DNA of 64,000 nt from Microcoleus sp. (GCA_052279835.1 CP181291.1:320001-384000), one strand, 5' to 3'; shown: positions 1-9,599, numbered from the stretch's first letter. The notes: a model not told the origin generated them from the sequence alone. Numbers and translations are program-made.

Positions 1-2
1 AC

Positions 3-491
3 GAAGAAATCTTAGTAACAAGAGTGCATCCAGAAATCCTAGAGCAGCGACCTCTCCCTGTTAGCATAACTGATACTGATATTTGGCAACGCCGCTTTGA
101 GGAAATCAACAACTTTGAGAAACATCTGGTTAATAATGGAACGATTATCCTCAAGTTTTTTCTCAATGTATCTAAAGAGGAGCAGAAAGATCGTTTTTTA
201 GAACGGATTAATCGCCCTGAAAAGAATTGGAAATTCTCTGAAAATGATGCGAAAGAGCGTGCCTTTTGGGATGACTATATGAGTGTCTATGAGGATATGT
301 TCAATCATACGAGTACAAAATACGCTCCTTGGTACATTATCCCCGCCGATCATAAATGGTTTACTCGTCTGGTGGTGGCGGGGATCATTTACACGCAGTT
401 GAAGGAACTGAATCTCAAATATCCTACGCTTAGTAAAGAGCAACATCAAGAGCTTTTGAATGCGAAGACAATTCTGGAGAGTCAGAAATAA
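3..491 (+). CDS. ppk2: Polyphosphate kinase 2 family protein, 3' part (runs off window start)
   Basis: Motifs ILKFFLNVSKEEQKDRF, KNWKFS.ND..ER..WDDY and APWYIIPADHKW are typical of PPK2. Confidence 0.9.
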   Translation, partial: EEILVTRVHPEILEQRPLPVSITDTDIWQRRFEEINNFEKHLVNNGTIILKFFLNVSKEEQKDRFLERINRPEKNWKFSENDAKERAFWDDYMSVYEDMFNHTSTKYAPWYIIPADHKWFTRLVVAGIIYTQLKELNLKYPTLSKEQHQELLNAKTILESQK

Positions 492-513
492 GGATGAGAA
501 TTGGTTGATTTTT

Positions 514-554
514 GCGATCGCTATTCCTGTGAGTCGTGATTTTTAGGAGATCGC
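514..554. repeat. 41-bp HIP1-anchored repeat, copy of the unit at 3936-3976
   Basis: GCGATCGCTATTCCTGTGAGTCGTGATTTTTAGGAGATCGC has one mismatch to 3936-3976. Confidence 0.9.
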
Positions 555-572
555 ACTTAACCTACAAGATCG

Positions 573-734
573 GCGATCGCGCCCTTTACTCACAGAATAC
601 CAGACCGAACCACACTACAGCGTCATGCGGATATGATTGAACGCGGTGGCCAGGAAGGAATTGCGGAGGAGTTGGATTACAAAAATGTGAAGGAGCGGTA
701 TCTTGCTGCGGTGAAGGCGATCGGTCAAGTTTAA
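573..734 (+). pseudogene. Orphan 3' fragment resembling the C-terminus of a DUF2254 membrane protein
   Basis: Reads AIAPFTHRIPDRTTLQRHADMIERGGQEGIAEELDYKNVKERYLAAVKAIGQV*. Recognisable part begins at a HIP1 site (573-580). Family call is from memory. Confidence 0.55.
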
Positions 735-2530
735 TCAATCCGCGATCCACTTAACCGACAAGAGCAGCGATCGCATTAATGAACATCCCAAAAATCAGAT
801 AATTACAAATTCATCATGATTAAAAGAAAAAAGGCGCGTTGAGCAACGCACCCTACAGCGATGGCGATCGCACTGTTTAGATAATTTTTTCAATAATACC
901 CTTGGTTTTATGTGCTAACTTCCAATGCTTCCTTTCATCTTTACCTAACTTTTGAGACGCTTCTAAAATAGCCAATCTCAGCATATCGGAGGCTGCACTC
1001 AAATCATTCTTAATTACAAGTGCCTCTGATCTGGTTCCACTTTTTGCGATAGCTAATGCTGCATAACGTTTCACAACCTCTGAGGTGGAGTTTTGATAAA
1101 TTTTAATGATATCTGTTATGTGATTCCAATCTTCTGATGTGCTAAATATATATAACATCCACATTGCATAGTAATCAGGCGGGGAATTCCGTTTACGAAT
1201 TAATGGATTTAATAGTTTTTTTGCTATTTTTTTCTTTTTGGTTTTTGGAAGATTGGTGAAAGAAACAACATATTTAGCAATTTGCTCAGATAAGGGGTAA
1301 AACAGTTCGGCACTTTCAATAATTAAATCTAATACTTCATGCTTGAGTTGTTCTGGCACACCAGGAATATGAGGGAGTCTAGTCAAAACATAGTTGACAA
1401 TTTCGTAATCTACTAAAGTTGTATCAGAGATAGACCTCTGAAGCATACTGCGAATGTCAAATCTTTGTAGCTGTTCCAAAACATTTTGAATCTCTTCCTC
1501 ATCAAGCTCTTCTTCAATGTCTCCTTCATCTTGATAACTAGTATGAACCTTTTTTAACAAAGCAACAGCAGAGTCTCTATCTCTTAAATCCTCATCTGGC
1601 TTTGCAAGCACTTCTTTGATATACCTATGTTTAGGTAGTATTTTTGTCTTCGCTGACTGCAATGTTAGCCCATGATTAGAGAATAACCATTCTCCTAAAC
1701 GAAAAAGGTTGGATTGAGTCTCATACTCTGATTTGCAGAATATATTGTAATCATCCACCCAACGAACAAAATCTATATTGTTTGAGTATAAATATGAGTC
1801 AACGTCGATCAATACAGCTTCCGCTAAAATCCTAGATGCATAAGGACCAACAGGAATACCGTAACTATTACGCTCCATTAAATTAGAAATTAATTTCTTT
1901 ACTAAGACACGTGCTATTTCCATTCCACGCGGAGTTGTAGCAACTGTCTGAACTATATTTTCTAATCTATGCTGATAAATTCTTGGATAGAAATCGGCAA
2001 TATCTGCAATTCCGATAAATTTGATGTCACGTTTATGGGATCTCTTTTGTAATTGATCCAAATAAGAATCGTGCGTTCCTTCTGTATTATAAAGTCTGTC
2101 TGCTCTTGATGTATCAACTCTATGTGAGAATACCCGCTGAGATTTTTTAGGGAGACGTTGAGCTTCTATGTCGTTTTTAACTATTAAAACTAAAGCAGTA
2201 TAAATAATTAAGTCTTCAGGGTGTAGAAGATGGACGATTCGTATGTTTGCTCTACTTTTGGGAGCAAACACTTTCATGGGTTTGTAGGGTTCATAAATGT
2301 CTAGATCTACATCCTTGATATAATCTTTTACTTCTTGCCACTTGTTCTGTATGTCCACCCATTCGATGGGTTCAGGCAACATTGTACTATATCCGTGATG
2401 GTTTATCGCTTCAAAAGCATATAGCCTTTCTCAGGTAGATGAGATACAATGTAACTGACAAGAACAGAGTGGAAAATATTTAGTTCAAAAAGATCGCACA
2501 GCTCTAATTCAATCTTGTGATTGAAGCCCC

Positions 2531-2668
2531 GATCGGGTCACAGCAGTCGATCGGGTCACAGCAGTCGATCGGGTCACAGCAGTCGATCGCCAAAAGCAGT
2601 CGATCGCCAAAAGCAGTCGATCGGGTCACAGCAGTCGATCGCCAAAAGCAGTCGATCGGGTCACAGCT
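2531..2668. repeat. Tandem 17-18 bp GATCG-containing repeats inside the IS left arm
   Basis: Interspersed GATCGGGTCACAGCAGTC and GATCGCCAAAAGCAGTC units; also present in IS copy 2. Confidence 0.9.
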
Positions 2669-2705
2669 ATTCCCTGATTGTAAAAAGCATCACACCTTAC
2701 TAAAA

Positions 2706-3662
2706 ATGAAATCTTATTCTATTGACTTTCGACAAAAAATAATTAATGTTTACCATAGTGAGCCCATCTCACAAAGACAAATAGCCAAGCGGTTTTGTGT
2801 GGCGACTAGCTTCGTTCAAAAATTGCTTAAACAGTATCGCCAAACCCAAAGTATTGCCCCTCAAACTCATCGATGCGGGGGCCTACTTAAACTCAAACCT
2901 GAACAACTGGTTATTTTAGCGGAATTAATTGAAAAAAATAACGATGCCACCCTCGAAGAACTCTGTCATTTACTCGAGCAAAAAATCGGCGTAAATATCA
3001 GTAGGGCTACAATGGGAAGAATGGCACAACGGTTGAACATAACTTACAAAAAAAAAACTCTCTTCCCCTCAGCTAAAGGCAGTGACAGAGTTCAAAACCT
3101 TCGATATGAGTTCTGGCAGCAAATCCGAAATCTGAATATGAATAATTTAATATTTATTGATGAGTCGGGGGTTAATCTAGCTATGGTTAGATTATATGCC
3201 CGGTCGTTAAAAGGCTCAAGAGCCCTTGGGCCTAAACCAAATAGACGTGGCAAAAATGTCTCGATATTGGGAGCAATATCTGTCAAAAAACTGCTGACAT
3301 CAGTGAATTTATTAGGCTCAATAGATGGGATTACTTTTGAGGCTTTTATCATCAGAAAACTTGTGCCAAAACTCTGGAAAGGTGCTTGTGTATTGATGGA
3401 CAACTATAGTATTCACAAAGGGGAAGAAATAGAAAAAGCCATTAAGAAAGCGGGAGCAAAGTTAATATTTTTACCCCCGTATTCTCCCGACTTTTCGCCA
3501 ATTGAAAATGTATGGTCAAAGCTGAAGTATCTTCTCCGTACTTTTGGTGCGAGAACCTATCAAGCATTAGACTCGGCGATAGTAAGCGCATTTGAGCAAA
3601 TTGATGAGCAAGACCTGTGGAATTGGTTTACTCACTGCTGTTATTGCACCTCATCTATCTGA
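2706..3662 (+). CDS. IS630 transposase (HTH + DDE), 318 aa
   Basis: MKSYSIDFRQKI start, IFIDESG, MDNYSIH, LPPYSPDFSPIE. The longer ORF-track start at 2517 only translates the repeats. Confidence 0.93.
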   Translation: MKSYSIDFRQKIINVYHSEPISQRQIAKRFCVATSFVQKLLKQYRQTQSIAPQTHRCGGLLKLKPEQLVILAELIEKNNDATLEELCHLLEQKIGVNISRATMGRMAQRLNITYKKKTLFPSAKGSDRVQNLRYEFWQQIRNLNMNNLIFIDESGVNLAMVRLYARSLKGSRALGPKPNRRGKNVSILGAISVKKLLTSVNLLGSIDGITFEAFIIRKLVPKLWKGACVLMDNYSIHKGEEIEKAIKKAGAKLIFLPPYSPDFSPIENVWSKLKYLLRTFGARTYQALDSAIVSAFEQIDEQDLWNWFTHCCYCTSSI

Positions 3663-3935
3663 GAAAGGCTATATTCTAATTCTTGCTCGGACAACTTAAA
3701 CACTCAACTATATCCCTTGTTATAAAGTTTTGGCTGAATTATACATTTTGTTCAACAGAAGATTGAACAGATCCCCCTATAGTGCGATCGCCGATCTTTT
3801 AGCTTGGGTTAAGGAACGCAACCCAACGAGAGAAAATGATAACCTCACTGTGGGTTACTGCGTACCGACTCAAGTTCGATCGCCGATCTTGTAGGAGAAT
3901 TATAACTCTGTTTTGGGCTAATTCGTCAAGTTACT

Positions 3936-4126
3936 GCGATCGCTATTCCTGTGAGTCGTGATTTTTAGGCGATCGCCTCAATTATCTATCTGCTAAAGGT
4001 TTTGTAGTATGCGATCGCTATTACTGTGAGTCTTGATTTTTAGGCGATCGCCTCAATTATCTATCTGTTAAAGGGTTTGCTGTAGGCGATCGCTATTACT
4101 GTGAGTCTTGATTTTTAGGTGATCGC
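3936..4126. repeat. About 2.5 tandem copies of a 75-bp unit with two HIP1 sites per unit
   Basis: Units start with GCGATCGC at 3936, 4011 and 4086. Confidence 0.9.
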
Positions 4127-4304
4127 TCAAACCCAGTAAATTTATCCTAGTTTGATTATTTATCAACATTCTAATCACTATCTTGCTCTATTCGTCTATA
4201 TCATACCACAGCGAGGTTTTAATGTTAAAGATGCGCGGGTATTCTTTAACTCCAATGGCGATCGCATCTATTTAACAGCTAGCAGCGATCGCGGCACGAA
4301 TATT

Positions 4305-4349
4305 CAAGGACTTTTGCAGGCGAAGGCAATACTTGAAAGTAATCAGTAA
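4305..4349 (+). pseudogene. Diverged second copy of the ppk2 3' end
   Basis: QGLLQAKAILESNQ* versus QELLNAKTILESQK* at the end of ppk2. Confidence 0.6.
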
Positions 4350-4894
4350 AGATTGCTGGTGATGGAGCAATTTATGGAACGAGGGGCGATGTTCCACTAC
4401 TACTCCTTGCCGATCGCGCTGCCATCTTTCATGGACACAGTTTGACACACCTGCTATTTTTCAAAGCCAAGATTTAGAAAGCAATGCCTGATATCTAGCT
4501 ACCTAGAATCAAAATCTCATCCTTCAGAGAGGTAGCAAGCTGCTAGTTTACTGCCAGCATTAGGGTGAGGTGGAGTGGATTGAAGCAAATCTCAAAGCGG
4601 CTTTAGCAAAGGTTCAAACTGAGCAGGAAGTTCAGGTAGGATAGCCTCACTTTTTTTGCGACGATGCTCCGCGCCGCCTTCTTACGATCGCGTAACCGCC
4701 CGATGGGTGCGATCATCCCCTACTTAGTTGCAATAGTTGCAGATTACTTTAAGTGAGATTAACCTGAAGGCTCGAAACAATCAACTTTAAACGCATTCTG
4801 GTTGCCATTAATCATTCTCCTTTTAACATCCATCGTGTTTGATTTGGCACTCAATTTAACGCAGCAAGAGCAAGCTAAATTGATGATCCTTCAT

Positions 4895-5019
4895 TGCCTC
4901 GTAGACTTTTTTAGGGTTATGCCTAAAAAGATTTAGTAGAGGCGCTTTGATTTCGCCCTTGAAAGTTAGCATTTGGGTTCTTCAAGAATCCCCTTCCCTT
5001 GAGGGCTGGGGAGTATCAA
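4895..5019 (+). mobile_element. IS200/IS605-family right-end remnant (no tnpA/tnpB)
   Basis: GAATCCCCTTCCCTTGAGGGCTGGGGAGTATCAA is a subterminal hairpin ending in TCAA, preceded by a second hairpin GCCTC...GAGGC. Confidence 0.55.
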
Positions 5020-5064
5020 TCGATCTAAATATTAAGCCAATCACAATCACAAAAGGAAACGACC

Positions 5065-5430
5065 ATGCAAATCCAAATCCATACCGGCCATAACATCGAA
5101 GGTCACGAAGCACTAGCTACTCAGGTTAGTGGTGTAGTGGAAGAGAGTCTAAGCCGATTCAGCGATCGCATCACTAACGTTGATGTTCACCTGAGCGATG
5201 AGAACAGCGACAAAAAGGGCGGCGATCACGATATGCGCTGCATGATCGAAGCCCGTCTCAAAGGCATCGAGCCCATCGCGGTAACAGATCAGGCAGCGAC
5301 CTTAGACCAAGCCGTTGACGGGGCGGCTGAGAAATTAACCCACTTGATTGAGCACACGCTGGGGCGACTGTCGCATCAATCGAGTCATCGGACTGACCCA
5401 CCGCTGTCTCGATCGGTTAATAGTCAATAA
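5065..5430 (+). CDS. HPF/RaiA family ribosome-associated protein
   Basis: MQIQIHTGHNI...FSDRITNVDVHLSDEN...DMRCMIEARLKG...AVDGAAEKL. Confidence 0.85.
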   Translation: MQIQIHTGHNIEGHEALATQVSGVVEESLSRFSDRITNVDVHLSDENSDKKGGDHDMRCMIEARLKGIEPIAVTDQAATLDQAVDGAAEKLTHLIEHTLGRLSHQSSHRTDPPLSRSVNSQ

Positions 5431-5521
5431 ATTTTCCCAGGAGTCAAAGATGAATGCACAAGACTTGAAAGGAAATAGATTGAATCGGCTCAAATTTTTA
5501 CTGGGAGTTTAGGAGAAATTT

Positions 5522-6043
5522 ATGAGCTTTAAGAAATCAATTCAGACGATATTGCTGGGATTTGCACTATGTTTTTGTCTTTTGGTTGGCATTGGGCAAA
5601 AACCGATTCTCGCAGCAACTCTCGTGGAAACTCAACCGATTTTTCAAGAAAGGATGCAAGCAATGTCTGAAAAAACCGTGAATTTAGAATCAGCAATCGA
5701 TCGCTTTCTCACATCAATTCCACCAGGCTATTACACGATCGCTAATGTGGAAGGGTTAAAAAACCTATTAAAGCACCCTCAAACCCTGTTGGTGGATGTG
5801 CGAGAAGCCTCTGAGTATAAGTCTGGACATATACCTAATGCCCTCAATATTCCCCTCCAAACCCTGGCGCACAATCTGGAGCAAATTCCGCACGATCGCC
5901 CTGTAGTGCTGTACTGTTCCGCCGGTTATCGATCGGCAATGGGAGTAATGACACTGCACTTATTGGGTTATGAGAATGTCCAAGGTTTTCCACCTAGCTT
6001 TGCGGGTTGGAAAACAGCAGGAGAGGCGATCGCTTCTAGTTAA
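5522..6043 (+). CDS. Rhodanese-like protein with signal peptide
   Basis: LVDVREASEYKSGHIPNALNIP and YCSAGYRS. Confidence 0.88.
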   Translation: MSFKKSIQTILLGFALCFCLLVGIGQKPILAATLVETQPIFQERMQAMSEKTVNLESAIDRFLTSIPPGYYTIANVEGLKNLLKHPQTLLVDVREASEYKSGHIPNALNIPLQTLAHNLEQIPHDRPVVLYCSAGYRSAMGVMTLHLLGYENVQGFPPSFAGWKTAGEAIASS

Positions 6044-6090
6044 CATCCCAAGTTTTTACTCTGGAATTTTCAAAGATTTTAACTAACCTG

Positions 6091-6636
6091 ATGAGGACTT
6101 TTATGATTAACTCTATCAGCTTTAACCGGTCTAAAATTCGCCTGATGCGCTGGATACTGGCTGCCTTAATCTGCGTTTTACTGGTTGTCGGGAGTCCTTT
6201 ACGCGCTTTTGCTGCTGTAACGCAAATCGAAGAATATCCAGGGCAGATGCTCTACCAATCCCGGCAAAACCTGCAAGATCGGGACGGAAACTCCTGGCAA
6301 GCGATCGCCTTTAAGCGCATCCATCCTGAAGGTAGTGAGACCCTTTCCCTACGATTAATCGGCTTTTATGGTGGGGCAAAATTAGATCGCACTCAACCAC
6401 TTACCTTAACAACATCCCTGGGGCAAACTCTAACCGCCAAGGATATTTCTAGCGAAATTTCTCACGGCACACCAGCCCCAAGCAATGTTGGAGAATATGA
6501 CATTCAGCTTGCCCTACCTCAGTTACAGGCGGAGATTCCCCTGCAATTGACATTACCAACCATCGACGGTGAATTCGTCAGCTTATCTGTTCCCTCTGCT
6601 GCAATTGAGGAATGGCAAACCCTGATTAGCCATTGA
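6091..6636 (+). CDS. Secreted cyanobacterial protein (DUF3122-like)
   Basis: Signal peptide; PGQMLYQSRQNLQD..GNSWQAIAFKR; NVGEYD. Confidence 0.7.
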   Translation: MRTFMINSISFNRSKIRLMRWILAALICVLLVVGSPLRAFAAVTQIEEYPGQMLYQSRQNLQDRDGNSWQAIAFKRIHPEGSETLSLRLIGFYGGAKLDRTQPLTLTTSLGQTLTAKDISSEISHGTPAPSNVGEYDIQLALPQLQAEIPLQLTLPTIDGEFVSLSVPSAAIEEWQTLISH

Positions 6637-6669
6637 TTAAAACCTGATACAAGCTTGAGCAAAAAAATT

Positions 6670-6777
6670 ACTGATGAAGTTGCTGCGTTAGTTGCGTTTG
6701 TTGCCAGTCCCTTAGCTTCTGCGATTAATGGTGCTGCCCTGCGAGTCGAGGGTGGAGTGGTGCGATCGATTGTTTAA
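6670..6777 (+). pseudogene. SDR oxidoreductase C-terminal remnant
   Basis: TDEVAALVAFVASPLASAINGAALRVEGGVVRSIV* with no upstream ORF. Confidence 0.7.
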
Positions 6778-6802
6778 TAAATGGGGAGCATCCCGATTGT
6801 GT

Positions 6803-6873
6803 AAGGGCGAAGCATTCCCACAGACAATTTATTAGCGATAACCAGAGATTTACAGCGGTCATGCTTCGCCCCT
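6803..6873. repeat. REP-like inverted repeat
   Basis: AGGGCGAAGCAT ... ATGCTTCGCCCCT. Confidence 0.65.
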
Positions 6874-6935
6874 AGGAATATATTTGCCAAACACAGATGC
6901 ACCCAATAAATTAGCCTATTCAACCCACGAATAAA

Positions 6936-8060
6936 ATGATTACTCATCAATCTCAAGGGACGCAGCCCGTCGCGCCACCCAACCATAATAGTGAAACCCT
7001 GCTGCAAGCAAATCGCGTTGCAGTATTGCTTGCAGGGTATGGTGAAGTACAATCTTATCGCGATCTCAGTAGTTATAACCAAGCTGCAACTAAGTACATC
7101 GCATCTCAGTTTGTGGCGATTCCCAAGTGGCTATATCCTCTGGCTGGTTGGCTGCTGGCACTTCAAGATTGGTACAATTTTGGAGTCAAGCATCATCATT
7201 TTATGTCGCCGGAAAATGAGATGTTTGAAAAACAACGTCTTGGGATTGAGGAACAGTTACAAACACGATGGGGAAATCCTGTCCAAGTGTTCAAAGGCTT
7301 TTATTTCTGCGAACCTTTTGTGCAAGAAGTTGTAGCGGATATCATTCAGCAAGGTTTTGAAAATTTGCTGATTTATCCTTTGTTAGTGGTCGATTCTGCC
7401 TTCACTGGCAAAATAGCTGTAGAGCAAGTCAATGAAGTTATTGCAGCCAATGAATCTGATAATGAAGTTCAATATTCACCATTTAAAACAATTAGATATA
7501 TTCCCGCCTTTGCGACTGAGCCTGCCTATATCGATTTGCTGGTGCGTCAAATTAAGGAAGCTCTGAATCAGTCCTTAGCAAGTGGCTTTTTTGAGTCTCA
7601 GATTGGGATTATATTAACGGTTCATGGTGGCCCCGAAAAAGCAAAAGGATTGTTAACCGGGGTAATTGATGGACAAGCTCTGTACGATCGCGTATCAGCG
7701 CCGTTACAGCATGAATATCCGCTAATCTCGATCGGTTGGATAAATCATGATACGCCTTTCGTCAATTGGTCGCAGCCCAATCTGAAACAAGCGGCAAAAA
7801 ACTTGATCGAATCCGGTGCTCGATCCATTTTGTTTAAACCGCTGGGCTGGGTAACTGAGAATTTTGAAACCATTCTTGATGTGGAAGATGCGATTAAATC
7901 TTTGCAGCGTCAGTATCCAACGGTGGCTTATACGCGACTCGATTGTGTGAATGATGCTCCTGAATTTATGCAAATAGCAGCAGAGTGGGCAAATCCTCAC
8001 ATTGAAGCAATGATGTCAGTTTCGCAACGCAACGAGCACCTTAAAACTAGCGGAGCCTGA
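6936..8060 (+). CDS. hemH: Ferrochelatase family protein lacking the C-terminal CAB domain
   Basis: VAVLLAGYGEV, LLIYPLLV, TVHGG, WSQPN and TENFET motifs. Confidence 0.75.
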   Translation: MITHQSQGTQPVAPPNHNSETLLQANRVAVLLAGYGEVQSYRDLSSYNQAATKYIASQFVAIPKWLYPLAGWLLALQDWYNFGVKHHHFMSPENEMFEKQRLGIEEQLQTRWGNPVQVFKGFYFCEPFVQEVVADIIQQGFENLLIYPLLVVDSAFTGKIAVEQVNEVIAANESDNEVQYSPFKTIRYIPAFATEPAYIDLLVRQIKEALNQSLASGFFESQIGIILTVHGGPEKAKGLLTGVIDGQALYDRVSAPLQHEYPLISIGWINHDTPFVNWSQPNLKQAAKNLIESGARSILFKPLGWVTENFETILDVEDAIKSLQRQYPTVAYTRLDCVNDAPEFMQIAAEWANPHIEAMMSVSQRNEHLKTSGA

Positions 8061-8065
8061 CGACT

Positions 8066-8797
8066 ATGCAGGAATTTCTCTTCGCTTTAATACTATCAGC
8101 TTTGCCCGTTGTTAGTAATTTTATTGGAGCAATGATTGCTGAGGCGTTACCGTCTTCAAAACAAACATTAGGACTTGCACTGCACGCTGCTGCTGGTGTA
8201 CTACTGGCGATCGCCTCTACCGAACTGATACCTAGAGTTGTCATCGCTAAACCTGTTTGGGCAACGATTCTAGCGTTGTTTTTGGGTGGAGCTTTTTTTG
8301 TATGGGTTAATCAGCTTCTTAAATTGAGCAAGAATCGACTGCGGGGTATCGATTTCAATACTGTTAGTTTGGCGATTTTTCTCAGCATTGCGATCGACTT
8401 ATTTGGCGATGGCTTAATGATTGGCACCAGTCTGACGATCGCGCCTCATCTAGGAGTGGTGCTGGCATCGGGGAGAGTTGTGGCTCACATTCCCGAAGGA
8501 TTTGTAACTAATGCAGCGTTTAAGAGTCAAAATATGCCGCGAACAAACCGATTTTTGTTACTTGCTGCATTTCTGATTCCTGTGTGGCTGGGCGCGACGT
8601 TAGGCTATTGGGGATTGCGCGGACAAGCCGAGCTTCCCAAGCTAATTGTGCTGGCATTTACCACAGGCACTTTAATCACGGCGATCGCGGAAGAGATTAT
8701 TCCAGAAGCCCATCAAACTCAAGATACAAACTGGTCTATTTTAACCTTTATCGGCAGTTTTGCGCTTTCAATCCTGTTCTCGTCTTATCTTGAATAG
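8066..8797 (+). CDS. ZIP family metal transporter
   Basis: Multiple TM segments; HAAAGV, DLFGDG, AHIPEG, EEIIPEAH. Confidence 0.85.
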   Translation: MQEFLFALILSALPVVSNFIGAMIAEALPSSKQTLGLALHAAAGVLLAIASTELIPRVVIAKPVWATILALFLGGAFFVWVNQLLKLSKNRLRGIDFNTVSLAIFLSIAIDLFGDGLMIGTSLTIAPHLGVVLASGRVVAHIPEGFVTNAAFKSQNMPRTNRFLLLAAFLIPVWLGATLGYWGLRGQAELPKLIVLAFTTGTLITAIAEEIIPEAHQTQDTNWSILTFIGSFALSILFSSYLE

Positions 8798-8910
8798 CTG
8801 AGCAATTTTGGATGAAGAAAAGTAAGGCAACGATTTAATCTAACTATACTCCAACAGTTCTGGGCGATCGCCAAATCTTACCGATCGAGGGACGAAAAAT
8901 GGCACGCGGC

Positions 8911-9597
8911 TTATTGCTGTTGTGCATTCTCCACAATTACTCCATCAAGCATCCGAATCACCCGTTTTGTCCTCGCGGCGACGTCGGCATCATGGGTGAC
9001 AATTACGATCGTTGTACCTTGTTGATTTAACTCTGTGAGCAGATCCATGATCTCATGAGAGGTTTGAGAATCCAGCGCTCCAGTTGGTTCATCCGCCAAG
9101 ACTAAGGCTGGATGATTGACTAAAGCACGGGCGATCGCCACCCGCTGTTGTTGTCCGCCAGACAACTGATGGGGACTATTCTGGAGTCGATCGCTCAAAC
9201 CGACTTGTACTAATGCTTCAGTAGCTTGCTCGATCCGTTGGGAGCGATCGACATCGGCATAAATCATCGGTAGCATCACATTCGCCAGTGATGTTAGCCG
9301 TGGTAAAAGGTTGAACTGCTGAAACACGAACCCAATGTATTGATTGCGGATATCTGCGAGTTCATCATCATCGAGGGTGGTGAGATTTATGCCTGCTAAG
9401 AAATACTCCCCACTGGTGGGACGATCGAGACAACCAATGATATTCATCAGTGTCGATTTTCCCGAACCAGAAGCCCCCATAATTGCTACATATTCGCCCT
9501 GTTCGATCGACAAATTAACGCGCTTGAGGACAGGAACATCGATCGCTTCCAAGTGATAGGTTTTGGTAATGTCTTTAAGTAAAATAATGGTTGCCAT
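8911..9597 (-). CDS. ABC transporter ATP-binding protein (MacB/LolD-like)
   Basis: GASGSGKST, LSGGQQQRVAIARA, LADEPTG. Confidence 0.93.
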   Translation of the reverse strand: MATIILLKDITKTYHLEAIDVPVLKRVNLSIEQGEYVAIMGASGSGKSTLMNIIGCLDRPTSGEYFLAGINLTTLDDDELADIRNQYIGFVFQQFNLLPRLTSLANVMLPMIYADVDRSQRIEQATEALVQVGLSDRLQNSPHQLSGGQQQRVAIARALVNHPALVLADEPTGALDSQTSHEIMDLLTELNQQGTTIVIVTHDADVAARTKRVIRMLDGVIVENAQQQ

Positions 9598-9599
9598 AG

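Larger units (their letters stand above)
2422..3671 (+). mobile_element. IS630-family insertion sequence, copy 1 (1250 bp)
   Basis: TIRs TAGCCTTTCTCAGGTAGATGAG / CTCATCTATCTGAGAAAGGCTA, TA duplication at 2420-2421 and 3672-3673, DDE transposase inside. Confidence 0.95.
877..3703 (-). pseudogene. UG/Abi (DRT-like) reverse transcriptase with helical C-terminal domain, 524 aa when rejoined, interrupted by IS630
   Basis: RT motifs ADIADFYPRIYQHRLEN, GIPVGPYASRILAE and RWVDD. Removing the IS and one TA joins GTG(3703)-MFKLSEQELE to YAFEAINHHGYST-MLPEPIEW in frame. HEAT-like C-terminus (VKRYAALAIAK...LRLAILEA). Confidence 0.85.

Noticed and set aside
877..2382. Group II intron, retron or DGR reverse transcriptase
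   Set aside because: No maturase/HNH domain or intron domain V seen, no retron VTG motif or msr-msd inverted repeats, no TR/VR pair with A-specific differences and no avd gene.
2517..2705. 63-aa N-terminal extension of the transposase
   Set aside because: It only translates the internal repeats; the family-typical start MKSYSIDFR is at 2706.
3936..4126. CRISPR array (41-bp repeat with 34-bp spacers)
   Set aside because: The two spacers are near-identical to each other, so this is a tandem repeat; no cas genes in the window.
4658..4691. Second SDR5-like insertion in a HIP1 site
   Set aside because: Insert would be 26 nt and does not resemble the 21-mer at 48332; boundaries ambiguous.
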